Shown one piece after another: positions 1 through 9,718 of a stretch of DNA of 64,000 bases. Location of the stretch: contig CALSSD010000007.1 of assembly GCA_943788915.1 (NCBI GenBank), forward strand, positions 62,001 to 126,000. Reading direction: 5' to 3'. Below the pieces are notes generated by a model. The model was not told the DNA's origin and searched no databases. It worked only from the letters and a program-made list of their open reading frames with translations. Both the position numbers and the translations under genes were made by a program. Every line of letters starts with the position of its first letter. Within the stretch, counting starts at the first letter, position 1. Source of the DNA: an uncultured Acidimicrobiales bacterium. Its GTDB lineage: Bacteria; Actinomycetota; Acidimicrobiia; Acidimicrobiales; UBA10347.

Positions 1-1
1 C

Positions 2-385
2 AACAGCGCCGCAATACACGAGCTCGGGTTGCACCGCGAGTAGGTCATCAGGTGCCAGATTCAGTCGCTCCAAGGCCGCGGGTCGCATGTTCGACATGAA
101 GACCTCGCTGCTGGCCACCAGATCGAGCATCGCTCGATGTCCAGCTTCAGACTTGAGGTCGAGCATCATGCTGCGTTTGTTGCGATGCAGGTTCATGGTG
201 ATGCCACCCATGCCCGGGTTTTTCTTTGGCACGAAGTCGCGCATGAAGTCTGAGTCGGCACCTTCGACCTTGACGACGTCGGCCCCTAGGTCGCCCAGAA
301 TGCGGGCTGCCATTGGCGCCATCACCACCGTGCACAGGTCAACAACTCGGATGCCGGCTAGTGGGCCGGTGCTCTCGAAAGACAT
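2..385 (-). CDS. CaiB/BaiF family CoA-transferase (3' part outside the window)
   Basis: Not in the ORF track. Manual translation from ATG 385: MSFESTGPLAGIRVVDLCTVVMAPMAARILGDLGADVVKVE...NLHRNKRSMMLDLK...NMRP, the class III CoA-transferase N-terminus. Confidence 0.9.
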   Translation of the reverse strand, partial: MSFESTGPLAGIRVVDLCTVVMAPMAARILGDLGADVVKVEGADSDFMRDFVPKKNPGMGGITMNLHRNKRSMMLDLKSEAGHRAMLDLVASSEVFMSNMRPAALERLNLAPDDLLAVQPELVYCGAV

Positions 386-686
386 TCAGCCACGATACGC
401 GATGCATGCATGTTGCAGCGTGGTCGAAGTGCTAGCGGCTTCACTGTCGCCCTCGCCACCTGCCTCGCCGCCTGGGCAACCGCTCGCGATCGGGCAGTGG
501 CCACGAACGACCGCATGCACTTGCCTGCTGACTGGCACTGGTCCCCATCGCCGTCACAACGGAGGGGCCGAAGAACGCCAACTACTCGGTGCCGAGATTA
601 CGTCCACCTATGCTCGACGTACGCCCATATTCGATACCACGCTTCTGTTCGTGGGAAGCTAGAGGGAACACCAGTAGGAGAAGCCC

Positions 687-1265
687 ATGCAAGCTCGCAC
701 CGATGCCGTACATGCCGCGATGGATGACATCCGCCAGATCGAAGCCGACCTCGGCGTTACACGCGAAGGGGTTCAGGCGATCCGTGATCGTCTGGTTGAA
801 CTGAGTTCACACCGGGACCTGTTTCCGCTCGAGGACTTCCCCAAGCCAGGGCCCGACGAGAAGACCACCAGCTTCATGTACCGGCTCGCGCAAGATGGCG
901 ACGATCGTTTCGCGCTGTACGCCCAGTCCAGTCGTGGCCAGGTCGAGACTCCCGTGCACAACCACACCACCTGGGCGGTGGTCGTAGGCTTCGATGGCCA
1001 GGAACACAACCGGTTCTTCGAGCGCACCGACGAAGGCGTGAACCAGATCGACGATCACATGGTTCAGGCCGGCACGGGTGTTGCGATGCTTCCCGACGAC
1101 CTGCATTCGATCCACATCGACGGCCCCGCGTTGAACTTCCATTGCTACGGACTCGCACTCGAACGCCTCGACGAGCGCGAGTACTACAACCCGAAAGAAG
1201 ACAACTGGAAGATCTTCAGCAGCATCAGCGGCATCCGCGAAGCCCGCGACCTACAAAGCTGCTGA
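687..1265 (+). CDS. Cysteine dioxygenase-like cupin (thiol dioxygenase family)
   Basis: TPVHNHTTWAVV...PDDLHSIH 3-His cupin pattern; AGGAG RBS; TGATG overlap with the next gene. Confidence 0.8.
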   Translation: MQARTDAVHAAMDDIRQIEADLGVTREGVQAIRDRLVELSSHRDLFPLEDFPKPGPDEKTTSFMYRLAQDGDDRFALYAQSSRGQVETPVHNHTTWAVVVGFDGQEHNRFFERTDEGVNQIDDHMVQAGTGVAMLPDDLHSIHIDGPALNFHCYGLALERLDEREYYNPKEDNWKIFSSISGIREARDLQSC

Positions 1266-2872
1266 TGACTGCCGTCATCTCTTCCGAGACCCTCACCGAG
1301 TGGATCCTCGACGGTCAGGAACTCGCCGTCCTCGATGCCCGCGAGCAGGGCGTCTACTTCGACTCGCACCTCTTTCATGCCGGATGTATTCCGCTGTCGT
1401 CACTTGAGCTGGTCATGCCTGGGCTCGTGCCCCGCCTGTCGACCCGCATCGTCTGGTGCGATGCTGGGCCCGACAGCGACGACCCCGAATTGGCCACCCG
1501 AGCTGCTGCCGTGGCTACCTCGCTCGGCTACACGAACTGCCACGTCCTCGAAGATGGCACTGCCGGATGGGCAGCACATGGCGGGGAACTCTACGCCGGT
1601 GTCAATGTGCCATCGAAGGCCTTCGGCGAGTACGTCGAACACACCTATGACACGCCACGTATGCCTGCCGCCGAGCTGAAAGCTCTGATCGACGCCGACG
1701 CCGACATGGTCATTCTCGACTCACGGCCGATGAACGAGTATCGCAACATGAGCATCCCAACCGGAGTCGACTGCCCCGGGGCCGAACTCGTGCATCGGGT
1801 GAAGGAGATGGCACCAGACTCCGACACGCTCGTCGTCGTCAACTGTGCCGGACGCACCCGCAGCATCATTGGGACCCAGTCGTTGATCAATGCCGGCATC
1901 GAGAACCGCGTGGTCGCACTGGAGAACGGCACTATGGGATGGGAACTCGCCGGTTACGAAGTTGCCCGTGGCCACGAGACGCATGCACCCGATCCGTCGG
2001 ACGATTCGGAGAAGTGGTCGACCGCTGCAGCCGCTGCTGTGGGCAAACGATTCAACGTGCACGAGATCGGTGCAAACGAGTTAGCACGATGGCGGGCTGA
2101 CCCGCAGCGCACGACCTACGTGCTCGACGTTCGCACACCCGAGGAGTTCAACGAAGGCCACATCGAGGGCAGCGTCTCTGCTCCCGGAGGTCAGCTCGTG
2201 CAGGCAACCGATGAATACGTCGCCACCCGCAATGCCCGACTTGTACTTGTTGATGACAATGGCGTGCGAGCCACGATGACCGCATCGTGGCTGCAGCAGC
2301 TCGGCTGGTCCGACGCAGTGGTGTTAGCTGGCGGCATCGAAGGACATCCGTTGGGAAGTGGCCCGGGCACCCGTCAGCCGGTGCCTGCGGCGCCGATCGT
2401 GAAGGTTGCCGAACTTGCCGAGCGGCTGAACGATCATCCCGACACCACCACCGTGCTCGACATCGGCTCCAGTCTGAAGTTCCGCAAACGTGGTCACATC
2501 CCTGGCGCGTGGTGGGGCGTGCGCAGCCGGCTTGAGCAGGCTCGAGAAGCCATCGGCGACACCGAGTACCTGGCGATCACCGCGTCTGACGGCCAACTGG
2601 CCAAACTTGCTGTCCCCGAAGCCCAATCGCTGTGGCCAAAGACCACCGTCGTTGCGCTCGCCGCTGGCAACAAGGGCTGGCGCCATGCTGGTTACGACAT
2701 GGAACCCGGCTTCGACCGAGCCACCACCGACGCAAACGACGTTTGGTACAAGCCCTATGACCACGAAGGTGATGTCGTCGAGCAACATATGCGCGACTAC
2801 CTGACCTGGGAGATCGCACTCGTCGAACAGCTCGACCGCGACCCCACCGTCAGCTTTCCCACCTTCACCTAA
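1265..2872 (+). CDS. Multi-domain (four-repeat) rhodanese-related sulfurtransferase
   Basis: Four rhodanese repeats (LDAREQ, LDSRP, LDVRTPEEF..GHI.GS, LDI...GHIPGA); NCAGRTRS active-site loop in domain 2. Start reset to ATG 1265, coupled to the upstream stop. Confidence 0.88.
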   Translation: MTAVISSETLTEWILDGQELAVLDAREQGVYFDSHLFHAGCIPLSSLELVMPGLVPRLSTRIVWCDAGPDSDDPELATRAAAVATSLGYTNCHVLEDGTAGWAAHGGELYAGVNVPSKAFGEYVEHTYDTPRMPAAELKALIDADADMVILDSRPMNEYRNMSIPTGVDCPGAELVHRVKEMAPDSDTLVVVNCAGRTRSIIGTQSLINAGIENRVVALENGTMGWELAGYEVARGHETHAPDPSDDSEKWSTAAAAAVGKRFNVHEIGANELARWRADPQRTTYVLDVRTPEEFNEGHIEGSVSAPGGQLVQATDEYVATRNARLVLVDDNGVRATMTASWLQQLGWSDAVVLAGGIEGHPLGSGPGTRQPVPAAPIVKVAELAERLNDHPDTTTVLDIGSSLKFRKRGHIPGAWWGVRSRLEQAREAIGDTEYLAITASDGQLAKLAVPEAQSLWPKTTVVALAAGNKGWRHAGYDMEPGFDRATTDANDVWYKPYDHEGDVVEQHMRDYLTWEIALVEQLDRDPTVSFPTFT

Positions 2873-2895
2873 CAAGACACGGCCGCGGTCCGCGA

Positions 2896-3527
2896 GTGAT
2901 CGACGACGTCCGAGACTCGTACGGCGCTTCGGTTGACCTGTATACAGAGGTCAATCGTGGTGGTCTCGATAACGACAGACTCAGCCGTGAGTGGACCGCA
3001 GAGTTTGCCAAACAAGCTGCCGTTGGCGACGGCCTGGTTGCTGATCTCGGATGTGGGCCCGGATTCGTCACCAACCATCTGGCCCAGCTCGGTTTGAATG
3101 TCGTTGGATATGACATCACACCAGCCATGGTCTTGAAGGCGCAGCGCTTGTTTCCTGAGTTGACGTTCGAGGTGGGTGACATCACCGCGTTAGCCGTTGC
3201 TGATTCCGCATTCGCTGGAGTCATGTCTCGGTACTCCCTGATTCACATGCCAGTCGACGAACTCGACAATGCCTTCAGCGAGTTCGCCCGAGTGCTCAAG
3301 CCCGGCGCCCCTGCCCTGGTGTCGTTCTTCGCCGCGAACTCGGCCGAGAGGCATGGGTCGCCTTTCGACCACAAGGTCACAACCGCCTACGAACTTTCCC
3401 CGACACCATCGTGAGCACGATGCAAGCCGCCGGGTTCGACGACTTCAAGATCGGCGTCCAAGGCCCATCAGAAGGTCAACGCCCGCTCGATCACGCAACA
3501 CTCCTGGCTCACCGTGCCAGCAGCTGA
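2896..3527 (+). CDS. Class I SAM-dependent methyltransferase (1-nt frameshift near 3400)
   Basis: VADLGCGPG motif I; FARVLKPG. Adding one C to the C-run at about 3398-3401 extends the frame to ...ELSPDTIVSTMQAAGF...HATLLAHRASS* (TGA 3525-3527). Confidence 0.8.
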
Positions 3528-3578
3528 TCGCGTCGATAACAAGTAGCACGGTTGAACCGGTCATATCGCTCATGGGCA

Positions 3579-3609
3579 TAACGAACGCGTGCCTGGCACC
3601 GGTTCGTTA
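3579..3609. repeat. REP-like palindrome copy 1 (TAACGAACSSGTGCCWGGCACSGGTTCGTTA family)
   Basis: taacgaacgcgtgcctggcaccggttcgtta; near-identical copies at 22085, 28710 and 40244. Confidence 0.9.
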
Positions 3610-4155
3610 GAAGGTGCCGCCGCAGCGCCAGTACTCCCCGTTGCCCCGGTCCAGAAACTGTTCGTCGACCAGGTAACGGCGCATGGTGGCGACGTCGTCG
3701 TTGAACGGTCGTAACAGATCGTTGACTTCGATCTCCTTATAACGCTTGCCAATGTCGAACTGTTGGGCGAGATGATCAAGCACCAGCAGCCGTTTGGTTC
3801 GTTTCGCCGGCCACTGAACGAGCTTGCCGTCGGTGAATACCAGGTCGAGCACCCGGGCAACGTCGTCGGGCTGGTCGGAATGCGCTGATACGGGAGCCGG
3901 TGGGGCCTCGGCTCGGGCCGCGTGCTGAAACACACCGTCGATGACCGAATACGAATCTGCGTCACCGTCGAGCAGCCCTCCACTGACAAGCCGGGACCCG
4001 CTGTCCACCACATCTCGGATGCTGAGACCGGTGGCCTCGGCAACCTCTGCTGCAGCCAAAGGCTCCCCGGCGAGGACAAGCGCGGCCACAATCTTGCACC
4101 GATCGTCATCGGCAAGGAGCCGTACCAACTGCTGCGAGCTCACGGGTGCATCCAT
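3607..4155 (-). CDS. DUF2087 domain protein with N-terminal wHTH
   Basis: N-terminal LLADDDRCKIV HTH; C-terminal WPAKRTKRLLVL..Y.EIEVN..L...DDVATMRRYLVD..L.R..GEYWR pattern. Confidence 0.8.
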   Translation of the reverse strand: MDAPVSSQQLVRLLADDDRCKIVAALVLAGEPLAAAEVAEATGLSIRDVVDSGSRLVSGGLLDGDADSYSVIDGVFQHAARAEAPPAPVSAHSDQPDDVARVLDLVFTDGKLVQWPAKRTKRLLVLDHLAQQFDIGKRYKEIEVNDLLRPFNDDVATMRRYLVDEQFLDRGNGEYWRCGGTF

Positions 4156-4207
4156 GTCACAGTTTTACTCGCCGGGCTTTGTCGGCGACAGCCAATAAGG
4201 TCAACCG

Positions 4208-5845
4208 GTGAGTGCAATCGTGGTATCTGAGCTCGACTACGCACCGCCGGCAGCTGACTCCCTGTTCTTCGATGTCAGTTTCGGTGTTGCGCCAGGCGAC
4301 CATGCGGCCATTGTTGGTCCCAACGGGGTCGGTAAGAGCACGGTGCTGCGCATCTTGTCCGGGGAGCTTGAAGCCGATGGCGGCGAGGTATCTATTGGTG
4401 GAACCTTCCTGACCATGAGCCAGGACGTGGGCATGGGCGACCCCAGCGCTGGCCTCCGAGAAATGCTGCTCGACGTCGCCGAACCAGCACTACGAGCAGC
4501 GGGCAAAGCCATGGTTGCTGCCGAAAAGGCGATGAATGACGGCACCGACGACGGCATGCAGTTCGCCGAGGCCATCACCACCTGGGGTGATCTCGGTGGC
4601 TACGAGCTCGAAGCCCGATGGGCTGCCGCGGCGGAACGCAGCATCAAAACCCCTGTCGAAGACTTTGCAACTCGTAAGGTCGGCGAACTGTCCGGTGGCG
4701 AACGCAAACGGCTCGTACTCGACCTGCTGCTGACATCGGGTGCCGACGTACTCCTGCTCGATGAGCCTGACAACTATCTCGATATCCCGACCCGCGTCTG
4801 GCTCGAAGAACAGATCATCAACTGCCCAAGCACCATCTTGATGGTGAGTCACGACCGTTCGTTGCTCGAACGGGTCGCCACCAAGATCGTGGTGCTCGAA
4901 GGCTCCGGCTGTTGGGTCCACGGTGGCAGTTATGCCACGTTCCCCGAGGCCCGGGAGAAGCGTCAGGCGCTGCTCGGCGATGCTGTCAAACGTTGGGACC
5001 AGGAGGAACGCCGACTCTTCAAACACATGAAGGTCATGAAGGCCCGTGCCGCCTCCAACTTCAAGAACGCAACCAAAGCCAATGCAGCCGAGACCCGGTG
5101 GGAGAAGTTCGTGGCCAAGGGACCGCCTCCTCCCCCGGTGCCCGACCAGCAGATCACCGTCGCTCTCCGCGGTGCCGACTCAGCTCGAAGGGTGGTGAAC
5201 ATGGTCGACGTTGCCATCGGCGACCTGTTCTTCCCCTTCTCCGACGAGGTCCACTTCGGCGAACGGGTTGGTCTCATCGGACCGAACGGCACCGGCAAAA
5301 CCCACCTACTCCGAGCGCTCGCTGGCGAAATCGAGGCCGACGAAGGCACCATTGGACTTGGCCCTCGCACCTCGATCGGCACGTTCAGCCAGATCAATGA
5401 CCGGCCAGATTTCCTTGGCCGCGAAGCCCTGGACATCGTGCGGGAACGAGTCACCGAAGAAGTGAAGGCCATGAAAGCGCTCGGTCGTTACGGCCTGGCA
5501 ACCCATGCCCGCCAGGAGTTCGAGACGTTGTCGGGTGGGCAGAAGGCCCGGCTCGAGATCTTGTGTATGGAACTTGAAGGCCACAATGTGTTGCTGCTCG
5601 ACGAACCGACCGACAACCTCGACATCGAATCATCCGAAGCGCTCGAACAGGCACTCGACAGTTTCGTCGGCACGGTGATCGCCGTAAGTCACGACCGGAC
5701 CTTCCTCGAAGGACTCGACCGATTCGTGATGATCAACGACGATGGGGCCGTCTATTCATTGCCCGACTACGAAAATGCCATGCAGGCGCTCTCGAATCCA
5801 GACGCCATCGACCGAGTCAAGCTCGCCAAACCACTCACGGTGTAG
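4208..5845 (+). CDS. ABC-F family ribosome-associated ATPase
   Basis: Two NBDs (GPNGVGKS/LSGGE/LLLDEPDN; GPNGTGKT/LSGGQ/LLLDEPTD), helical linker, no TM segments. Confidence 0.92.
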   Translation: MSAIVVSELDYAPPAADSLFFDVSFGVAPGDHAAIVGPNGVGKSTVLRILSGELEADGGEVSIGGTFLTMSQDVGMGDPSAGLREMLLDVAEPALRAAGKAMVAAEKAMNDGTDDGMQFAEAITTWGDLGGYELEARWAAAAERSIKTPVEDFATRKVGELSGGERKRLVLDLLLTSGADVLLLDEPDNYLDIPTRVWLEEQIINCPSTILMVSHDRSLLERVATKIVVLEGSGCWVHGGSYATFPEAREKRQALLGDAVKRWDQEERRLFKHMKVMKARAASNFKNATKANAAETRWEKFVAKGPPPPPVPDQQITVALRGADSARRVVNMVDVAIGDLFFPFSDEVHFGERVGLIGPNGTGKTHLLRALAGEIEADEGTIGLGPRTSIGTFSQINDRPDFLGREALDIVRERVTEEVKAMKALGRYGLATHARQEFETLSGGQKARLEILCMELEGHNVLLLDEPTDNLDIESSEALEQALDSFVGTVIAVSHDRTFLEGLDRFVMINDDGAVYSLPDYENAMQALSNPDAIDRVKLAKPLTV

Positions 5846-5962
5846 CTCCGCTCCGCTCGGGCCGACATTCGTCGGACATCGTTTCCCGCTCATCCAGCCA
5901 AACCACTCACCGCGTAGCTCCGCTCCGCTCGGGCCGACATTCGTCGGACACCGTTTCCCGCT
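5825..5962. repeat. Direct repeat, two ~66-bp copies, 72-bp period
   Basis: gccaaaccactcac..gtagctccgctccgctcgggccgacattcgtcggaca.cgtttcccgct at 5825-5890 and 5897-5962. Confidence 0.92.
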
Positions 5963-6000
5963 TTAGCCGAGGAGGACGCTGTCATTCACGTCACATCGCT

Positions 6001-6017
6001 GTTCCACCATGCGGAAC
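6001..6017. promoter_or_regulatory. Probable IclR operator GTTCC-N7-GGAAC
   Basis: gttccaccatgcggaac inverted repeat about 30 bp upstream of an IclR gene. Confidence 0.6.
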
Positions 6018-6045
6018 GCAGTCGGAGCCGGACTAGGTTGACGGG

Positions 6046-6795
6046 ATGGCTGTGCAATCGATCGAACGAGCTTTCGCGATCTTGCGTGCCCTAGCCGTAG
6101 GCCCAAGCGGGGTAACCGAACTCGCCGAACGAGTCGATCTGCCGAAGTCAACAGTGGCCCGGCTGTTGAATGCGCTCGAGACCGAAGGTGCTATCGAACA
6201 GGACCAAATCGGCGGCGAGTATCGCCTCGGTCCAGCGATCGAGGAGATCGCTGGCGGGTCCTCGCAAGGGCGCAGTCTGATCGCAGCCGCGCAACCATTC
6301 CTCGTAGACCTCAGTGAACAAACCGAGGAAGCGAGCGGCCTCGACATTCTCGAGGGCCGACAGGTGCATTTCATGGACATGGTCGAGTCTGGCCAAGACG
6401 TACAGGTCCGCGACTGGACAGGCGAGTCTGGGCCCGCACACTCGCTGTCGGCAGGCATTGCCATCCTTGCCCACCTCGGCGATGCTGCGATACAGGCATA
6501 CATCGATGGTGGGCTCGAAGCGATGACCCAGTCCACGCTGACCTCAGCAGTCGAACTGCAGGAACGACTGACACAGGTTCGATCGGCAGGTTACGTCTGG
6601 GTCTACGAAGAGTTCGCCGAAGGGATCAACTCGGTCGCCGCACCTGTCTTCGGACCCGACGGGGTGGTTGCCGCCCTACGCGTGCACGGTCCCACCTATC
6701 GTTTCCCCAACCCGGACCGCAGCCACGACATCGGCCTGCGTGTTGCCGAAGCCGCTCACCAATTGAGTGAACAGTTACAGGAATTTGACCAATAG
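6046..6795 (+). CDS. IclR family transcriptional regulator
   Basis: VQSIERAFAIL...LPKSTVARLLNAL HTH; C-terminal EEFAEGINSVAAPV. Confidence 0.95.
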   Translation: MAVQSIERAFAILRALAVGPSGVTELAERVDLPKSTVARLLNALETEGAIEQDQIGGEYRLGPAIEEIAGGSSQGRSLIAAAQPFLVDLSEQTEEASGLDILEGRQVHFMDMVESGQDVQVRDWTGESGPAHSLSAGIAILAHLGDAAIQAYIDGGLEAMTQSTLTSAVELQERLTQVRSAGYVWVYEEFAEGINSVAAPVFGPDGVVAALRVHGPTYRFPNPDRSHDIGLRVAEAAHQLSEQLQEFDQ

Positions 6796-6808
6796 ATCGG
6801 ACTAACCA

Positions 6809-8152
6809 ATGACACCTGCTGAGTTGAACGCCGCGGTGGCGGCTGGCACGATCGACACGGTTGTTGTCGGGTTCACCGATCACTATGGCCGTCTGCTGGG
6901 CAAACGGTTCGACGCAGGGTTCTTCCTCGAGGCCGGACTCACCGACGGCACCCATGCCTGCGATTACCTGCTCACGGTCGACATGGCTATGGAGCCGGTC
7001 GAAGGGTTCGACTTCTCGGATTGGAGTGGCGGGTACGGCGACTTCCATCTCGTCCCGGACACTTCCACGTTGCGGCCAGCAGGTTGGACTGACCGCACGG
7101 CGATCGTGTTGTGCGATGTTGAGTCGAACGACACCCACCAACTCATCGACGTCGCTCCCCGATCCATCTTGCGCCGCCAGGTCGACCGACTGACCAACGC
7201 TGGTTTCCATGCCGCTGCTGCGTCAGAACTTGAGTTCTTCCTCTACCGCGACAGCTACCGCACCGCCCATGAGAAGAACTACCACGGCCTTGACGCTGCC
7301 GGCTGGTACGTCGAGGACTACCACCTGGTGCAAGGCGCCAGAGTCGAAGACTATGTGGGGGCGGCTCGGCGAACGCTGAGCGCATCAGAGATCCCTGTCG
7401 AGAACTCCAAGGGCGAAGCCGCCATCGGCCAACACGAGCTCAACGTGCGTTACGCGGAAGTCTTGACGATGGCCGACCGCCATGTCGTGATGAAACAAGG
7501 CATGAAAGAACTCGCCGACCAGCTCGGCGTGAGTGTTTCGTTCATGGCCAAACCCCATGCCGATCAGCCGGGAAGCAGCTGTCATCTGCACCTATCGCTG
7601 TGGCAGGGCAGCGCCAATGCCTTCACGGCTGACGACGGCGATGAGTCCGACATCTTCCGTTGGTTCCTGGGTGGTTGGATGCACCACACGCCCGACCTCA
7701 TGCCGCTGTACGCACCCACTGTCAACTCGTACAAGCGCTATCAGAGTCAGTCGTGGGCTCCCACGCAGATCGCCTGGTCACACGACAACCGCACCGCATC
7801 GTTTCGTATCGTCGGTACCGGTGCCAGCCGCCGGATCGAATGCCGACTGCCCGGCGCCGACACGAACCCGTATCTAGCGTTTGCTGCCGCGATCGCAAGT
7901 GGACTCGACGGCATCGAGCAACACATCGAACCTCCTGTCGAACTGGTTGGCGACGCGTATACAAGCGATGCCCCAGCGATCGAGACCACACTGAGCGCTG
8001 CCAATGACCGGTTCCGGGCGAGCACCGAAGCTCGCCGGCTGCTTGACGATTCCGTCGTTGATCACTATGCACACCACTTCGCTATGGAAGTTGCTGCCAG
8101 TGAACGAGCCGTTACCGATTGGGAACGTCGTCGCTATTTCGAACAGATCTAA
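6809..8152 (+). CDS. Glutamine synthetase-like gamma-glutamyl ligase (GlnA4-like)
   Basis: FTDHYGRLLGKR, GYGDF, ELEFF, KGEAAIGQHE, SFMAKP, GSSCHLHLSL, APTVNSYKR, DNRTA.FR, IECRLPGAD.NPYL. Confidence 0.88.
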   Translation: MTPAELNAAVAAGTIDTVVVGFTDHYGRLLGKRFDAGFFLEAGLTDGTHACDYLLTVDMAMEPVEGFDFSDWSGGYGDFHLVPDTSTLRPAGWTDRTAIVLCDVESNDTHQLIDVAPRSILRRQVDRLTNAGFHAAAASELEFFLYRDSYRTAHEKNYHGLDAAGWYVEDYHLVQGARVEDYVGAARRTLSASEIPVENSKGEAAIGQHELNVRYAEVLTMADRHVVMKQGMKELADQLGVSVSFMAKPHADQPGSSCHLHLSLWQGSANAFTADDGDESDIFRWFLGGWMHHTPDLMPLYAPTVNSYKRYQSQSWAPTQIAWSHDNRTASFRIVGTGASRRIECRLPGADTNPYLAFAAAIASGLDGIEQHIEPPVELVGDAYTSDAPAIETTLSAANDRFRASTEARRLLDDSVVDHYAHHFAMEVAASERAVTDWERRRYFEQI

Positions 8153-8307
8153 CACCCGCTACGTCTAGTCATTGACCGACATCGATGTGTTGCATCCCGC
8201 TCAGGTGCGGCTGACCGCACCGCTCTACGGGTAGCCAACGGGCCGCGGCTAGCCGTGTGACGAAAGCGCCACCACTCCCGCAGGGCACGCCACTACCCTC
8301 GCTCCCG

Positions 8308-9222
8308 ATGAGGTTCATTCGCGTACTTCGCTGGTTGCTGGTGTACACCATCTTGGCGACCGCCTGCTCCGCTTCTGGCGAAGTGTCTGAGTCGGCACCG
8401 TTCGACGCCGTATTGATTGAACTATTCGGTACCAACGACACCGACGCGTACTTGGCAGACACCGAACGGGCCGCTGCTGAAATCGTGGCCACATGCATGC
8501 GCGATGCCGGCTTCGAGTTCCGGCTCTCACCAACCATCGAGACTCTCGATCCGCCCCAGCGCATGGATCTTGAAGCTGCCCGCACCGACGGATTCGGGAT
8601 TATCGTCGGATTCCGGTTCCAACTGAGCCAGTTCGACCTCGACCCCGTTCAACTCGACCCCAACGAGCGGTACCTCCGCACTCTCTCCGGTGCTGAGTTC
8701 AGCCGATTCTTCTTCACGCTCGATGGTCCCGAACCCGAACCAGGGCAACGGAGCGAAGGAGGCTGCAACACCCAGGCCAGCGAAGAGGCATATGCCGATT
8801 GGCTTCGGTTCTCCGAAGCGTTACCCAACTTCACCGCCATGGGCGAAGAACGCGACACGCACCCCGACTGGTTGGCAGCCCGAAGCGAATGGCGAGAATG
8901 CATGTTCGACCGCGGGTTTGACTACGCCGAGCCCGACGCGATTCGAACCGACGTCATCTCCCGCATGAGAGACACCGTCAACGAGGTCTACCCCGGAGGC
9001 CAGCTGCCCGTGATCGAAGTCGCCGGGACCCCAACCGTCGACGCCCAGGTAGATGCGCTTCTCGACGAACTCGCGCAGTTCGAACGAGCTGCGGCAGTTG
9101 CCAATATTGCATGCACCGAACCAGTCGCCGATCAGTTCGACGCCGTTGAACGACTCGTGCAACAAGCCTTCGTTGAACGCAACCAGGCCACCATCGACGA
9201 ACTCCTCGCCGCCACCAGATGA
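8308..9222 (+). CDS. Putative lipoprotein, function unknown
   Basis: Signal peptide with lipobox-like LATAC; repeated CM..GF segments (CMRDAGF, CMFDRGF). Confidence 0.6.
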   Translation: MRFIRVLRWLLVYTILATACSASGEVSESAPFDAVLIELFGTNDTDAYLADTERAAAEIVATCMRDAGFEFRLSPTIETLDPPQRMDLEAARTDGFGIIVGFRFQLSQFDLDPVQLDPNERYLRTLSGAEFSRFFFTLDGPEPEPGQRSEGGCNTQASEEAYADWLRFSEALPNFTAMGEERDTHPDWLAARSEWRECMFDRGFDYAEPDAIRTDVISRMRDTVNEVYPGGQLPVIEVAGTPTVDAQVDALLDELAQFERAAAVANIACTEPVADQFDAVERLVQQAFVERNQATIDELLAATR

Positions 9223-9229
9223 GTCCAGC

Positions 9230-9718
9230 GTGACCCTGCCTATCAAGGTGATCCGGAGCCAGCGGCGCAAGAAGTCCAGCGCCGCGCGAGTCGTGAACGG
9301 CATCATCGAGGTCCGGATCCCGGCATGGATGAGCACGGAGCAGGAGACAGAGGCGGTAGCAACCCTGACCGCACGTATTGAGAAGAAACATGCCATCGCC
9401 GAAACTGGCGTTGACCTCATGGCACGGGCTCGCACACTGGCCCACGTCTACAAGCTGCCGGTACCGCGCAAGATCACATGGGTCACGAATCAGAACACGC
9501 TGTGGGGATCCTGCTCATTCGACGACGGCGTCGTGCGCTTGTCTTCGCGACTGCTCACCACGCCCGATTGGGTACTGGATTATGTGATCCTGCACGAGAT
9601 CACCCACCTGGTCGAATCCGACCATGGGCCTGAATTCCAGCGGCTGATGGAGCGGTATCCGAAAGCCGAGCGCGCCGAAGGCTTTCTAGAAGCAATGGCG
9701 CTGGGCTTTACGAGCTGA
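9230..9718 (+). CDS. M48/YgjP (SprT-like) zinc metallohydrolase
   Basis: VIRSQRRKK N-terminus, WGSCS, DYVILHEITHL..HG..F zinc motif. Start reset to GTG 9230. Confidence 0.85.
   Translation: MTLPIKVIRSQRRKKSSAARVVNGIIEVRIPAWMSTEQETEAVATLTARIEKKHAIAETGVDLMARARTLAHVYKLPVPRKITWVTNQNTLWGSCSFDDGVVRLSSRLLTTPDWVLDYVILHEITHLVESDHGPEFQRLMERYPKAERAEGFLEAMALGFTS

Noticed and set aside
386..686. Riboswitch or small gene upstream of the cupin-rhodanese pair
   Set aside because: Only fragmentary resemblance to SAM-IV; the overlapping ORFs have no recognisable motifs.
1142..1264. Upstream start of the rhodanese ORF
   Set aside because: It overlaps the cupin gene; the coupled ATG at 1265 is more plausible.
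4208..5845. Antibiotic-resistance ABC-F
   Set aside because: No leader peptide or resistance context is visible; the subfamily cannot be assigned without HMMs.
5825..5962. Possible mini CRISPR array
   Set aside because: Only two units, the whole unit is repeated with no unique spacer, and no cas genes are present.
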